From an uncultured Coriobacteriaceae bacterium (GTDB taxonomy: Bacteria; Actinomycetota; Coriobacteriia; Coriobacteriales; UMGS124), in the NCBI GenBank assembly GCA_900539345.1, contig UQBS01000007.1:8246-72245 (forward strand): a stretch of 64,000 nt of DNA, in the 5' to 3' direction. Positions 8,572 to 17,875 of the stretch are shown here, piece after piece (position 1 is the first letter of the stretch; each line of letters begins with the position of its first letter). The notes under the pieces are model-generated. The model had not been told where the DNA came from. It worked only from the letters and a program-made list of their open reading frames with translations, and searched no databases. The translations under genes and the position numbers were made by a program.

Positions 8572-9630
8572 TTATTTCGTCTCTACCTCGAAGCCCTTCT
8601 CCTTGAAATACTTTGCCGCGCCGGGGTGATACGGCACGGACGTGATGGAAGCACCGTTCTCAACGCTGAGCTCAGCATACTTGGCATGGCTGTCGGTAAG
8701 GTCGGCGGCGTTGTCGAAGATGTCGGCGCACAGCGTGTAGATGGCATCCTCGGAAACGGTGTCAGCAGCGATGATGACTGCGCTCACAGCGACAGTGGTG
8801 ACGTCCTCGTCGACACCCGCATAGGTGCCGGCCGGGATGGTGGCAGCCTGGTAGTACTCAGAGGTCTCAAGCAGGCCGGAGACGTGCTCCTCGTCCAGGG
8901 AGACGAGATAAGCGGTCTTGGACGTGGAGAGGTCGGTGATAGCCGTGGTGGGAGCACCGGCGACGATGAAGGCGGCGTCGATCTTGCCGTCCTTGAGGGC
9001 ATCGGCGGAGTCGCCGAACGACTGGTAGGTGGGCGTGATGTCGTCCTCGGTGAGACCGTAGGCGCCCAGGACGTCGATGGCGTTGAAGTACACGCCCGAA
9101 CCGGCAGAGCCGATGGAGACGTTCTTGCCCTTGAGGTCGGCGACGGTCTTGATCTCGGGGTCGCAGGTGACGATCTGGACGGTCTCCTGGTAAAGGGCGG
9201 CAACCGTGGAGAAGCAGTCGACGGCGCCATCCTTCGCGAAGAGGTTCGTGCCAGCGTAGGCGTAAGCCATAACGTCGGACTGGCAGAAGGCAAGCTCGGC
9301 GTCGCCGTCCTCGATGGCGATGACGTTGGCCTGCGAGCCGTTGCCCACGAGAGCCGTCACCTTGATGTCGGTGTTGTTGGTGGCGTGCTGGGCGATGACG
9401 GAGCCGAAGGCATAGTAGGTGCCCGACTCGCCGCCGGTAATGAAGCGCAGGTCGGCGGTCTTGTCGCCAGAAGCCTTGGTGTCAGTGTCGGCAGCCTCGG
9501 TCTTAGCGGCATCGTCCTTCTTCTCCTCGGTCTTGGCGGGCTCGGTGGTCTCACCGCAACCGGCAAGAACGAGCGACATACCGGCAACACCGGCCAGGGC
9601 GAGGAACTCTTTCCTGGAAACCTTCTTCAT
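8572..9630 (-). CDS. TAXI-family TRAP transporter solute-binding lipoprotein
   Basis: It has a lipoprotein signal peptide (...SLVLAGCG). RFITGGESGTYYAFGSVIAQ and ANVIAIEDGDAELAFCQSDV are typical of the TAXI/Imp family. It is adjacent to the fused permease. Confidence 0.88.
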   Translation of the reverse strand: MKKVSRKEFLALAGVAGMSLVLAGCGETTEPAKTEEKKDDAAKTEAADTDTKASGDKTADLRFITGGESGTYYAFGSVIAQHATNNTDIKVTALVGNGSQANVIAIEDGDAELAFCQSDVMAYAYAGTNLFAKDGAVDCFSTVAALYQETVQIVTCDPEIKTVADLKGKNVSIGSAGSGVYFNAIDVLGAYGLTEDDITPTYQSFGDSADALKDGKIDAAFIVAGAPTTAITDLSTSKTAYLVSLDEEHVSGLLETSEYYQAATIPAGTYAGVDEDVTTVAVSAVIIAADTVSEDAIYTLCADIFDNAADLTDSHAKYAELSVENGASITSVPYHPGAAKYFKEKGFEVETK

Positions 9631-9911
9631 CTTGAGCGCTCCTTTTCATAATGTTTGGAATGCCAACGAGAATAGACGGACTCGTACGGCAGCACATGAA
9701 ACCAGATGATCTTGCTCATTGTTGTGCGCTGTCTGGATGCAAGTTTATGAGAAAAGAGCGCCTCTGACATCACCGTTAATGCATTTTTAACGCTCCAATA
9801 CTCTATTTGTGCCGTTCACATGGCTTTTTGCATCCTTTTGCCTGCCAAAGTGCATGCACTGTGAAGCTTTCTTACACTTAGGCGCCCACCACAACATCGA
9901 AAGGCTCCCGC

Positions 9912-10846
9912 GTGAACACGGACACCCTCGGCATCTTCACTCAGATGGTCGTGCTCTTCCTCATCATCGGCACCGGATACGGCTGCAAAAAAGCGCGCCT
10001 CACAACGGCTGCCTTTGACAAAGGCCTCTCCAACCTGGTGCTGTCGGTCACGCTTCCCGCTATGATCGTGGGATCGGTGCTCAACTCCACCCAGCTGCCT
10101 GGCCGCACGGACATCGTGGCGGCCTTCCTCTACTCATGCGTGGCTTATGCACTCATGATTGTGGTCGCCCTGGTCCTCACCGCCCTTATGCGCGCGCCCG
10201 TCGGCAGGCACGGCGTCCTGCGCTTCATGATGGTGTTCGGAAACGTCGGGTTCCTGGGCTTCCCTGTCATCTCGGCAATCTGGGGCAGCGACGCGCTCAT
10301 CTACGCCGCCATCTTCAACCTGCCCTTTAACTTCCTGTGCTTCACGGTGGGTGCCTGGTTCATCGCCAGCGACCACAGGGCCAGGGCATGGAGAAGGTCA
10401 CGTGGCGCACCTTTTGCACGCCCACTATCCTGTCATGCTGCGCGGCCATTGTGCTGGCACTTCTGGGCATCCACAACGTGCCCGTGATCGGCTCGGCGCT
10501 CGACACGCTCGGCACCATGACCACGCCGGCCGCCCTGCTCGTCGTAGGATCGCAGCTGGGCAACCTTGCCCCGCGCGAGCTTGTGGGAGACGCGCGTCTC
10601 TGGGCCAGCTGCGCGGCCAGGCTTGCGCTCATGCCCCTGCTCAACTGGGTTGTTCTCAGCCTCATTGTGGACGACCCGCTCATCCTGGGCATTCTCGTGG
10701 TCACCACGGCCATGCCCGTGGCAAACGTGGGCACGATGCTGTGTCAGAAATACGACGCAGACACCCCCACCGTGCTGCGCGGCACCTTCTGGACCACGTT
10801 GCTGTCGCTTGTGACCATCCCCGTGCTCTTGCTTGTGATGGGCTAA
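9912..10846 (+). pseudogene. AEC (auxin efflux carrier) family transporter, interrupted by a frameshift
   Basis: The N-terminal half is in the frame of ORF 9912..10487 (...FLGFPVISAIWG...FTVGAWFIASDH). The C-terminal half is in the frame of ORF 10337..10846 (EKVTWRTFCTPTILS...PAALLVVGSQLG...). The frames switch near 10371-10392, and a missing single base would restore one roughly 310-aa protein. Confidence 0.72.
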
Positions 10847-10937
10847 CGAGCCATCTCTGCCTGCCGCCAGCAAATCGTACACAGCTTTCAAGGCGAGAAA
10901 TCTTGAAAGTACTCCTTTGATGTTGTATCCTTATTGC

Positions 10938-10955
10938 GATTAATTACTAATTATC
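10938..10955 (+). promoter_or_regulatory. AT-rich imperfect palindrome, possibly a Fur/PerR-type box
   Basis: GATTAATTACTAATTATC lies 25 nt upstream of the Fur-family gene start. It is the only AT-rich block in this GC-rich region. The palindrome is imperfect. Confidence 0.3.
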
Positions 10956-10979
10956 TCAAGCGGCTTTCCGGGAGGACGT

Positions 10980-11372
10980 ATGCCAGCAAGAAACACCGTA
11001 CAGCGCAGCGTCATCGAAGCCGAGCTGCGACACTTGGCGAACCACCCCACCGTCGACGAGGTGTACGCCGCCGTGCACGAGGAGCACCCCAGCATCAGCA
11101 AGGCGACGGTGTATCGCACGCTCAACATGCTCTCCGATGAGGGTGCCATCAGCCGTGTGAAGATCAACAACGGCGCCGACCACTTCGATCACACCGCCTT
11201 TTTCCACTATCACGTGCGGTGCCTGGGATGCGGCAAAGTCGACGACGTCATGATTCCCATACTCGCAGGCATTGAGGAGACCGCCAGCGCCGCCAGCGGC
11301 TACCACGTGGTAAGCCACACCCTGCAGTTCGACGGCTACTGCCCCGCCTGTCAGGCAAAGGAACAGGATTAA
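10980..11372 (+). CDS. Fur-family metalloregulator (Fur/PerR/Zur; subtype not resolved)
   Basis: A 130-aa ORF. NTVQRSVIEAELRHLANHPTVDEVY...ISKATVYRTLNMLSDEG...HYHVRCLGCGKV...DGYCPACQ shows a winged helix plus two CxxC pairs. GGGAGG lies upstream of the ATG. Confidence 0.9.
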   Translation: MPARNTVQRSVIEAELRHLANHPTVDEVYAAVHEEHPSISKATVYRTLNMLSDEGAISRVKINNGADHFDHTAFFHYHVRCLGCGKVDDVMIPILAGIEETASAASGYHVVSHTLQFDGYCPACQAKEQD

Positions 11373-11565
11373 CGAGCGCTTGAGGGAAGGAGGGTATCCT
11401 ACGCCTGCCCAAGTCCTCGTACCGAGGGCAGCGGGAAACCGGGGCACGGGGCGCTTCGCGCCTTGTGCCCCTTCCCTTGCCCTCACTGCGGGGGACAGGC
11501 TTCGGAAACCCTCCTTCCACGCACGTCTATCCTGTAAGAAGCGTTTAATCAACCCGCGCAACGCC

Positions 11566-11832
11566 GCGCATCAGGTTCCGCGACCCATTAAAAAGCAGGC
11601 TCTCAGGCGCAAGGCGCGCAGGTGCGATGTGCGCGGTGCGGGCCTTTGGCCTACTGGAGTACATGAGGCACCGTGCATGGAGCGCTCTTTGCGACAAGTC
11701 CCGTAGAGAACGCGGCGGATCGGGTTCCGCAATCCACTAAAAAGCAGGTTCTCGTCCGCAAGGCGTCCAGAGGCGATGCGTACTGGAGTACGTGAGCCTC
11801 TGGAGAACGCAGCGGACGAGGTTCTGCATCAC
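11566..11832 (+). repeat. Family-A modular hairpin repeat, locus A1 (a 3' fragment, a long unit and a short unit)
   Basis: The short unit spans 11736-11832. Its parts are ACTAAAAAGCAGGTTCT, CGTCCGC, AAGGCG, TCCAGAGGC, GATGCGTACTGGAGTACGTGA, GCCTCTGGA, GAACGCA, GCGGACG and AGGTTCTGCATCAC. It abuts the stop codon at 11833. Confidence 0.85.
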
Positions 11833-12228
11833 TTACGCGTAGATCTCTTTTTCCACGACGAGGTCGTTCTTGATTTTCCCCACCAGCTTGTTGAGCGCGT
11901 CGATGCAGCGCGGACGGATATCAGCGCCAATCATGACGTACATGATGGAGTCACCCACGTTGAGGGCGCCCTCGTTGAGCCACGTGCGGACGTAGTACAC
12001 GCCAGGCCAGCTGAGAGCCTCCTTCTCAGCGGCGGCCACGCCCTCGGCATCGTAAGAGAACTCAACCTGGGCGACCTCGCCCAGACCCTCAACACCCTCG
12101 CGCACCTGCTGCTTGGGCGTGATGCGCACCACGCCGTTGTGCGTAAGGAACATGCCGCACTGGGCGGCCTTGGGGTCGGCCTTGGCCTCTTTGAGCCAGG
12201 CATCCATCGAAGGTTCGGGCTTTGCCAT
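11833..12228 (-). CDS. MoaE-fold (molybdopterin synthase large-subunit-like) protein
   Basis: GMFLTHNGVVR...EFSYDAEG...GALNVGDSIMYVMIGADIRPRCIDALNKLVGKIKNDLVVEKE follows the MoaE pattern (TFxGxVR ... HRxGxLxxGD ... KE). The likely ATG at 12228 follows GGGAG. No moaD gene is adjacent. Confidence 0.5.
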   Translation of the reverse strand: MAKPEPSMDAWLKEAKADPKAAQCGMFLTHNGVVRITPKQQVREGVEGLGEVAQVEFSYDAEGVAAAEKEALSWPGVYYVRTWLNEGALNVGDSIMYVMIGADIRPRCIDALNKLVGKIKNDLVVEKEIYA

Positions 12229-12268
12229 ATCCATACTCCCTTTGGTCTCATACACACTTGACGGTTAT

Positions 12269-12306
12269 CAAAAACGCCGCCTGACATTGTACCCGTCAGA
12301 CGGCGC
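12269..12306 (-). terminator. Terminator after the HEAT-repeat gene
   Basis: CGCCGCCTGAC (12275-12285) pairs imperfectly with GTCAGACGGCG (12295-12305). On the minus strand the hairpin is followed by TTTTT. Confidence 0.55.
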
Positions 12307-12428
12307 AAAAGAAGCGCATATGCGAAACTAGAGGTCAACGCAACCCGAGCATGAATCCACACAGGGGACCAAGCCGCACATTCAACTCGATAGCGGCGCA
12401 TGCGTGCAGGACCGCGTTGAACGCCCTT

Positions 12429-13394
12429 CTACTCGAACGTGGCAAGCGCTTGCGTCACGAGGGGGGCCAGGACATCCGGAAGCGCGGAGACGGAAGCGTC
12501 AAAAGCCGAAAGGGTCGCATGGGCCTTGCCGTCGTGGATGCGCGCGAGGCTCTCCACCGCATAGCGAGCCCCCCACTCGGCCTCGCCGGCAAGGGCGCCC
12601 TCAAGCACCGCCTGCACCTGGTCACGCGAAGCGCTCTGCGCACCACAGGCAAAGCCGAGGGCCCACACCGCCGTGGAAGAGACATCCGAATCAGGGTCGG
12701 TAGCACAAACGAGCAGGGCAGACAGCACACGCTCCCCCACGCCCTCGTTGCGCTCGCAGCGGCGGGCCAGAGCGTCGAGCGCTGACACCTTCACAAGCGC
12801 GTCCTCCTCCGCCTGGGACAGGCGCTCAAGCAGAAGCTGCTCGCCGGCCTCGTCGTCGGTGGCAGCCAGAGCGGCGCAGGCGTTTGCACGCACGCGGACC
12901 ACATCGTCTTCGAGAAGCACGGTGAGGGCATCGGTCGCACGGGCATCGCGCAGCGTGCCCAGCACGGCGGCAGCATCGGCGCGCACACCGTCGTCGGGGT
13001 CGAACGCCATGACGGCGATGGGCGTAAAGAGCTCGGCGCGCTCGGCGTCAGTCAGCCCCGCATGGGCCACCACGTTGGCAAGGCCCCACAGCACACCTGC
13101 GCGCACACCGGCGCACTCGTCATGGCGGTGGGACAGAAGCGCGCCCACGCACGCAGCGTCGGCCTCGCGCGCGAGCGCCTGACAGGCCAGGGCACGCACG
13201 CCCTCCTCGGCATCCTCCAGCGCACGGCAGAGCAGCTCGGTGGACACCGGGCTCTTGATGCGCCCCAAAGCCACGACGGCGCTCTTGCGCACGCGCACAT
13301 CGGAATCGGTCAGCATGGGCTCCAAAGAGCGCGCACGCTCGTCAGGCGTGCGGCCGTCGTCCGGGCGCACCGCTGTTTCGTCAGTCTCGGCCAT
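12429..13394 (-). CDS. HEAT-repeat (PBS-lyase-type) protein
   Basis: A 321-aa ORF with repeated D..VR..A...LG modules (VRKSAVVALGRIKSP, GVRALACQALAREAD, VRAGVLWGLANV, GVRADAAAVLGTLRD, VRVRANACAALAA). Confidence 0.78.
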   Translation of the reverse strand: MAETDETAVRPDDGRTPDERARSLEPMLTDSDVRVRKSAVVALGRIKSPVSTELLCRALEDAEEGVRALACQALAREADAACVGALLSHRHDECAGVRAGVLWGLANVVAHAGLTDAERAELFTPIAVMAFDPDDGVRADAAAVLGTLRDARATDALTVLLEDDVVRVRANACAALAATDDEAGEQLLLERLSQAEEDALVKVSALDALARRCERNEGVGERVLSALLVCATDPDSDVSSTAVWALGFACGAQSASRDQVQAVLEGALAGEAEWGARYAVESLARIHDGKAHATLSAFDASVSALPDVLAPLVTQALATFE

Positions 13395-13435
13395 GGGGCC
13401 CCTTTCCGTAGGTCAAAGTCATACCCACGCACCAT

Positions 13436-13479
13436 ACCAAAGCGGGGCGCCGCCCGCACACTCCCAAGCAGCGCCCCGC
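13436..13479 (-). terminator. GC-rich hairpin, a possible terminator downstream of clpB and the repeats
   Basis: GCGGGGCGC (13442-13450) pairs with GCGCCCCGC (13471-13479). On the minus strand it is followed by TTTGGT. The T tract is weak. Confidence 0.4.
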
Positions 13480-13501
13480 AATCTATCTCTCAAACACCGC
13501 A

Positions 13502-13770
13502 CTTAAAAGCGCAGGTTCTGCATCACTCTAAAACGCAGGTTCTGGCCTGCAAGGCGCGCGATGCCAACGTGCGCGGTGCGGGCCCCTGACCTACTAGAGT
13601 ACTCTAGGCATCGCGCATGGAGCGTTCTTCGCGACAAGTCCCGTGGAGAACGCAGCAGGCCAGGTTCTGCATCCTCTAAAACGCAGGTTCTCAGGCGCAA
13701 GGCGCACGGAGCCGATGTGTACTGGAGTACATGAGGCTCCGTGGAACACAGCGCCTGAGGTTCTGCGTCG
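13502..13770 (+). repeat. Family-A modular hairpin repeat, locus A2 (an uninterrupted flank motif, a long unit and a short unit)
   Basis: The flank motif without a hairpin lies at 13502-13526. The long unit spans 13527-13674 (outer stem GGCCTGC/GCAGGCC, inner stem CGCGATGCC/GGCATCGCG). The short unit spans 13675-13770 (outer stem CAGGCGC/GCGCCTG, inner stem CACGGAGCC/GGCTCCGTG). It abuts the clpB stop codon. Confidence 0.88.
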
Positions 13771-13772
13771 CT

Positions 13773-16427
13773 TTACTCGACCGAGTCGGGCTCGACGGGG
13801 ACGTCTTCGGGGCTGGCCGCCCTCTGCGCACGAGCCTTGGCCGAGGCCTCCTCGTCCTTCTCGACCACAATGTTGCCGTCGTTGTCGACGTCGACGCGCA
13901 CCACGTCGTTCTCAGAGAGCTTGCCGTCGATGATGAGGTTCGCGATGCCGTCGACCACCTTGTTCTGGATGAGACGACGTAGCGGACGGGCGCCAAACGC
14001 CGGATCGAGGCCGCCCAGGCTGAGGGCGTCCATGGCACTGGGCGTCACGGTCATGCTGAGACGCTCGCGAGCAAGGCGTTCGCGCACGTCGTCAAGCTGC
14101 AGGTCGACAATGCGCTCGATGTCGGCGTAGCCCAGCGAGTTGAAGTACACCACATCGTCGATACGGTTGACGAACTCCGGGCGGAAGGCCTGCTTGAGCA
14201 CCTCTTGCATCTTCTGCTGCAGCTCGTCTTTGCCCGTGGTCTCCAGAATGAACTGCGAACCCAGGTTGCTCGTCATGATGATGATGGCGTTCTTGAAGCT
14301 CACCACGCGGCCCTGGCCGTCGGTAAGCCTGCCGTCATCGAGCACCTGGAGCAACACGTTGAAGACGTCGGGGTGCGCCTTCTCAAGCTCGTCGAGCAGC
14401 ACCACGGTGTAGGGATGACGACGTACGGCCTCGGTGAGCTGACCGCCCTCGTCGTAACCCACGTATCCCGGAGGGGCACCGATGAGGCGCTGCACGCTGA
14501 ACTTCTCCATGTACTCGCTCATGTCGATACGCACCATGGCGCGCTCGTCATCGAACAAGGCTTCTGCCAGCGCCTTTGCCAACTCGGTCTTACCGACGCC
14601 GGTGGGACCCATGAACAGGAAGCTGCCCAGGGGACGGTCGGGGTCAGACAAGCCTGCACGAGAACGACGCACGGCGCTCGCCACGGCGTGGACGGCCTCG
14701 TCCTGACCGATGACGCGCTCCTTGAGGTGCTCCTCGAGGTGACGGAGCTTCTCCATGTCGCCTTGCATCATCTTCGACACGGGCACGCCCGTCCAGGCGC
14801 TCACCACAGCGGCGATCTCGTCTGCGGTGACCTCCTCCTTGAGGTTAGCGCCGGCCTCCTGCTTGGCGCGCAGGCGCTGCTCGGCGTCGCGGTAGTCGGC
14901 CTCAAGCTTGGGGATCGTGGAGTAGCGCAGCTCGGAGGCACGCATGAGGTCGCCGGAACGCGTGGCGCGCTCCTCTTCGCTGCGGGCTTCGTCAATCTGG
15001 CTCTTGAGCTGCTGCACCAGGTCGATGATGCCCTTTTCGTTCTGCCAGGCCGCCTTGGCGGCGTCGAGCTTCTCACGGGCATCGGCGATTTCGTGGCGCA
15101 GGGTCTGCAAACGCTCGGCGCTGGCCTCGTCGTCCTCCTTCATGAGCGCCTGCTCCTCGATCTGCATCTGAGTGAGCTGGCGCTCCTGGGCATCGATGTC
15201 GCTGGGCATGGAGTCGAGCTCCATCCTCAGGCGGCTGCCGGCCTCATCGACCAGGTCGATTGCCTTGTCGGGCAGGAAACGGTCGGTGATGTAGCGGTCG
15301 GAGAGCTGGGCTGCGGCCACAAGCGCAGAGTCGGTGATACGCACGCCGTGGTGGATCTCGTACTTCTCCTTGATGCCACGCAGGATGGAGATGGTGTCCT
15401 CCACCGTGGGCTGGTCGACCATGACGGGCTGGAAACGCCTGGCAAGAGCCGCGTCCTTCTCGATGTACTTGCGGTACTCGTCAAGCGTCGTGGCGCCGAT
15501 GGCATGCAGCTCGCCACGGGCAAGGGCGGGCTTCAAGATGTTGGAGGCATCCATGGAGCCACCCGAGGCGCCGGCACCCACGATGGTGTGCAGCTCATCG
15601 ATGAACAGGATGACGTTGCCGCCAGCCGCCGCGACCTCCTTGAGCACGGCCTTCAGGCGGTCCTCGAACTCGCCACGGTATTTGGCGCCTGCCACCATGG
15701 CGCTCATGTCGAGCTCGATGAGCTCGCGGTCACGCAGGGTCGAAGGCACGTCGCCGGCAACGATGCGCTGCGCAAGGCCCTCGACGATAGCCGTCTTGCC
15801 GGTACCGGGCTCACCGATGAGCACGGGGTTGTTCTTCGTGCGGCGCGAAAGCACCTGCACCGTGTGACGAATCTCCTCGACACGACCGATGACCGGGTCG
15901 AGCTTGCCCTCGCGGGCCAGGTCGGTCAGGTTGCGACCATACTGCTTGAGCGCCTCGAACTGGGGCTTGCTCTCGGCGTCGGTCACGCGCGAGTCACCGC
16001 GGAGCTGCTCGTAGGCGTCCTGCACGCGCTTGGCCGTCACGCCGGCGTCGTTCAGGATGCGACCGGCGTCGCCCTTGTCGCCTGCAAGCGCGATAAGCAG
16101 GTGCTCGGTGGTGGCAAACGAGTCGCCCATCTTCGAGGCGAGCTTCTGCGAAGCGTCGAGCACGCGCATGAGCCCCTGGCTCATGCCGGCCTGGGAGCCG
16201 CCGCTCACGCGGGGCTGGCTTGCCAGCTTCTCGTCAACAGTAGCCTTGAGCTGGGCGGGGTCGGCGCCCACACGCTCGATGATGGCATCGAGGTTGCGCT
16301 CGGAGCTCTCAAGCAGGGCCTTCAGAAGGTGAAGGCTTGTGACCTCGGAAGCCTCCATGTCGGAGGCAACGCCCACGGCTTCCTGCAAAGCGGCCTGGGC
16401 GGTCATTGCGAATTTGTCAATCCTCAT
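13773..16427 (-). CDS. clpB: ATP-dependent chaperone / disaggregase ClpB
   Basis: The product has two AAA+ modules ([15 protein letters not shown] and [15 protein letters not shown]), a middle coiled coil and a Clp N-domain. The likely ATG at 16427 gives MRIDKF. The ORF frame overlaps the hspR stop codon. Confidence 0.96.
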   Translation of the reverse strand: MRIDKFAMTAQAALQEAVGVASDMEASEVTSLHLLKALLESSERNLDAIIERVGADPAQLKATVDEKLASQPRVSGGSQAGMSQGLMRVLDASQKLASKMGDSFATTEHLLIALAGDKGDAGRILNDAGVTAKRVQDAYEQLRGDSRVTDAESKPQFEALKQYGRNLTDLAREGKLDPVIGRVEEIRHTVQVLSRRTKNNPVLIGEPGTGKTAIVEGLAQRIVAGDVPSTLRDRELIELDMSAMVAGAKYRGEFEDRLKAVLKEVAAAGGNVILFIDELHTIVGAGASGGSMDASNILKPALARGELHAIGATTLDEYRKYIEKDAALARRFQPVMVDQPTVEDTISILRGIKEKYEIHHGVRITDSALVAAAQLSDRYITDRFLPDKAIDLVDEAGSRLRMELDSMPSDIDAQERQLTQMQIEEQALMKEDDEASAERLQTLRHEIADAREKLDAAKAAWQNEKGIIDLVQQLKSQIDEARSEEERATRSGDLMRASELRYSTIPKLEADYRDAEQRLRAKQEAGANLKEEVTADEIAAVVSAWTGVPVSKMMQGDMEKLRHLEEHLKERVIGQDEAVHAVASAVRRSRAGLSDPDRPLGSFLFMGPTGVGKTELAKALAEALFDDERAMVRIDMSEYMEKFSVQRLIGAPPGYVGYDEGGQLTEAVRRHPYTVVLLDELEKAHPDVFNVLLQVLDDGRLTDGQGRVVSFKNAIIIMTSNLGSQFILETTGKDELQQKMQEVLKQAFRPEFVNRIDDVVYFNSLGYADIERIVDLQLDDVRERLARERLSMTVTPSAMDALSLGGLDPAFGARPLRRLIQNKVVDGIANLIIDGKLSENDVVRVDVDNDGNIVVEKDEEASAKARAQRAASPEDVPVEPDSVE

Positions 16428-16432
16428 ATGTG

Positions 16433-16882
16433 TCACCCATCCTTCTCGGTGCCCATATCCTTCTTCTCAAGGTCGGACACTCCCGCCAGCAGCGCCAGCG
16501 GGCTCTTACCGCCCTCGGCATACGGCATGAGGGCGGTGATGGTCTCGCGCATCCGGTACTCGTGGACCTGCTCGCGCAGTTCCTTGATCTCGGCGCGCAA
16601 CTGCTCTATCTCGGCGTCGCGCTCATCCATCTGGGTCTTCATGTCCAGGATGCGCACAACGCCAGCAAGGTTGATGCCCTCGTCGGTCAGACGACCAATG
16701 AGGTCGAGCCGCTCGATATCGGCCTGTGAGTACAGGCGCGTGTTGCCCGAGCTGCGGCGCGGGTTCACCAGACCCTTGCTCTCGTAGATGCGCAGGGTCT
16801 GGGGATGCATGCCGGTGAGCTCGGCGGCAACCGAGATCATGTACAGCGGGCGGTTTCTCTCGTCGTCGTTTCTCGAGGGCAT
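16433..16882 (-). CDS. hspR: MerR-family heat-shock repressor HspR
   Basis: [46 protein letters not shown] is a MerR helix-turn-helix. The gene sits in the classical actinobacterial position after dnaJ. Confidence 0.85.
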   Translation of the reverse strand: MPSRNDDERNRPLYMISVAAELTGMHPQTLRIYESKGLVNPRRSSGNTRLYSQADIERLDLIGRLTDEGINLAGVVRILDMKTQMDERDAEIEQLRAEIKELREQVHEYRMRETITALMPYAEGGKSPLALLAGVSDLEKKDMGTEKDG

Positions 16883-16888
16883 CTTGGA

Positions 16889-17845
16889 TTACCTCTTATC
16901 CTTGAGCGCGCCGCGAGGGTCACGCTTGTCATGGTCGCGCAGGCGCTCGAGTGCCTCGCGTTCCTCATCGGTCAGGTTGCGGGGCACAGCGATGGCAATC
17001 TTCACGTAGAAGGAGCCGGTCGAGCCCTTGTGCTTCACGTCGGGGGCGCCCATGCCCTTGAACCTGAAAACCTTGCCAGACTGGGTGCCGGCGGGAATCT
17101 TGAGCTTGAGGTCCTTGCCGTTAGGGGCAGGCACAACGACCTCGGCACCCAGGCACGCCTCGTACACACTCACAGGCAGGTCCATATGGATGTCGGCCCC
17201 GTCGCGGGTGTAGAAGGGGTGCGCCGCCACGCGCGTGGTCACCACGAGGTCGCCGCGGGCTCCGCCCTGCGAGCCATACTCGCCGCGCTCACGGTAGCGC
17301 AGCTTGCCGCCGTCAACGGCACCTGCGGGAATCTTGACGGTGAGCGTCTCGGTCGTGCCCGTGGAGGGGATGCGGTAGCTCACCTTGCGCGAGACGCCCT
17401 CCAGAGCCTCCTTGAACGAGACCTCCACGCTCATGGTCAGGTCGCTGCCGCGCTGCGGACGGGGCTGGCCCCAGCCGTTGAATCCGCCGAAACCGGTGGT
17501 CTGCGGATCCCACTCGGTGCCAAAGGCGCCTTCGCCATGCAGGATGGAGTCGATGATGGACTGCCAGTCCATACCCGCCCCACCCGTGTAGCTGTAGCTG
17601 CCGCCGGCGCCGGGGTTTCCACCCATGAACGCACCGTACTTGAGCGCCTTGTCGTACTCCGCACGCTTCTTGGGGTCGGAGAGGACCTCGTAGGCCTGGC
17701 TGACCTGCTTGAACTCCTCTTCGTCTCCGCCTGCGTCAGGGTGAAGCTTCACGGCAAGCTTGCGGAACGCCTTCTTGATTTCGTCGTCGGATGCCTTTTC
17801 GTCGACACCCAGAACTTCGTATAAGGTTTTCTGAGTCGATGCCAT
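16889..17845 (-). CDS. dnaJ: J-domain co-chaperone (DnaJ/CbpA type, no Cys-rich zinc-finger region)
   Basis: The ATG at 17845 is preceded by GGAGG. The J domain reads [34 protein letters not shown]-like linker and two C-terminal beta domains follow. No CxxCxGxG repeats are present. Confidence 0.85.
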   Translation of the reverse strand: MASTQKTLYEVLGVDEKASDDEIKKAFRKLAVKLHPDAGGDEEEFKQVSQAYEVLSDPKKRAEYDKALKYGAFMGGNPGAGGSYSYTGGAGMDWQSIIDSILHGEGAFGTEWDPQTTGFGGFNGWGQPRPQRGSDLTMSVEVSFKEALEGVSRKVSYRIPSTGTTETLTVKIPAGAVDGGKLRYRERGEYGSQGGARGDLVVTTRVAAHPFYTRDGADIHMDLPVSVYEACLGAEVVVPAPNGKDLKLKIPAGTQSGKVFRFKGMGAPDVKHKGSTGSFYVKIAIAVPRNLTDEEREALERLRDHDKRDPRGALKDKR

Positions 17846-17875
17846 GTTGAAGAACACCCTCCTTCCAAGAGTAGG

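Noticed and set aside
10371-10392. Programmed ribosomal frameshifting in the AEC transporter gene.
   Set aside because: There is no slippery heptamer or downstream stimulatory structure, and a programmed frameshift has no functional rationale in a transporter. A one-base indel or sequencing error is the simpler explanation.
11380-11706. ORFs lying inside the family-A repeat loci (11380..11706, 11248..11520, 13643..13933, 21243..21563 and 21005..21607).
   Set aside because: They are read through palindromic repeat DNA, have no ribosome-binding sites, have Arg/Pro-rich composition and overlap each other on both strands.
13502-13770. Possible CRISPR array, suggested by the alternation of a conserved roughly 20-nt motif with variable segments.
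   Set aside because: There are only two or three units per locus. The 'spacers' are self-complementary hairpins with conserved internal loops, the unit lengths are irregular (about 95 and 148 nt), and no cas genes are present in the window.
14205-16787. An 860-aa ORF on the plus strand opposite clpB and hspR. Similar long antisense ORFs occur at 1316..2812, 6425..8473, 19161..20741, 23702..25534, 25503..27203, 26929..28269, 28451..30016, 38092..39834, 39871..41397, 45413..46945, 50215..51804, 51602..54523, 54746..56026, 56066..57994 and 58094..59773.
   Set aside because: Each lies antisense to a gene with strong family-level identity. Their translations are Arg/Gly/Ala/His/Val-rich low-complexity strings with no recognisable motifs. 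Long stop-free antisense frames are expected at about 63% G+C.
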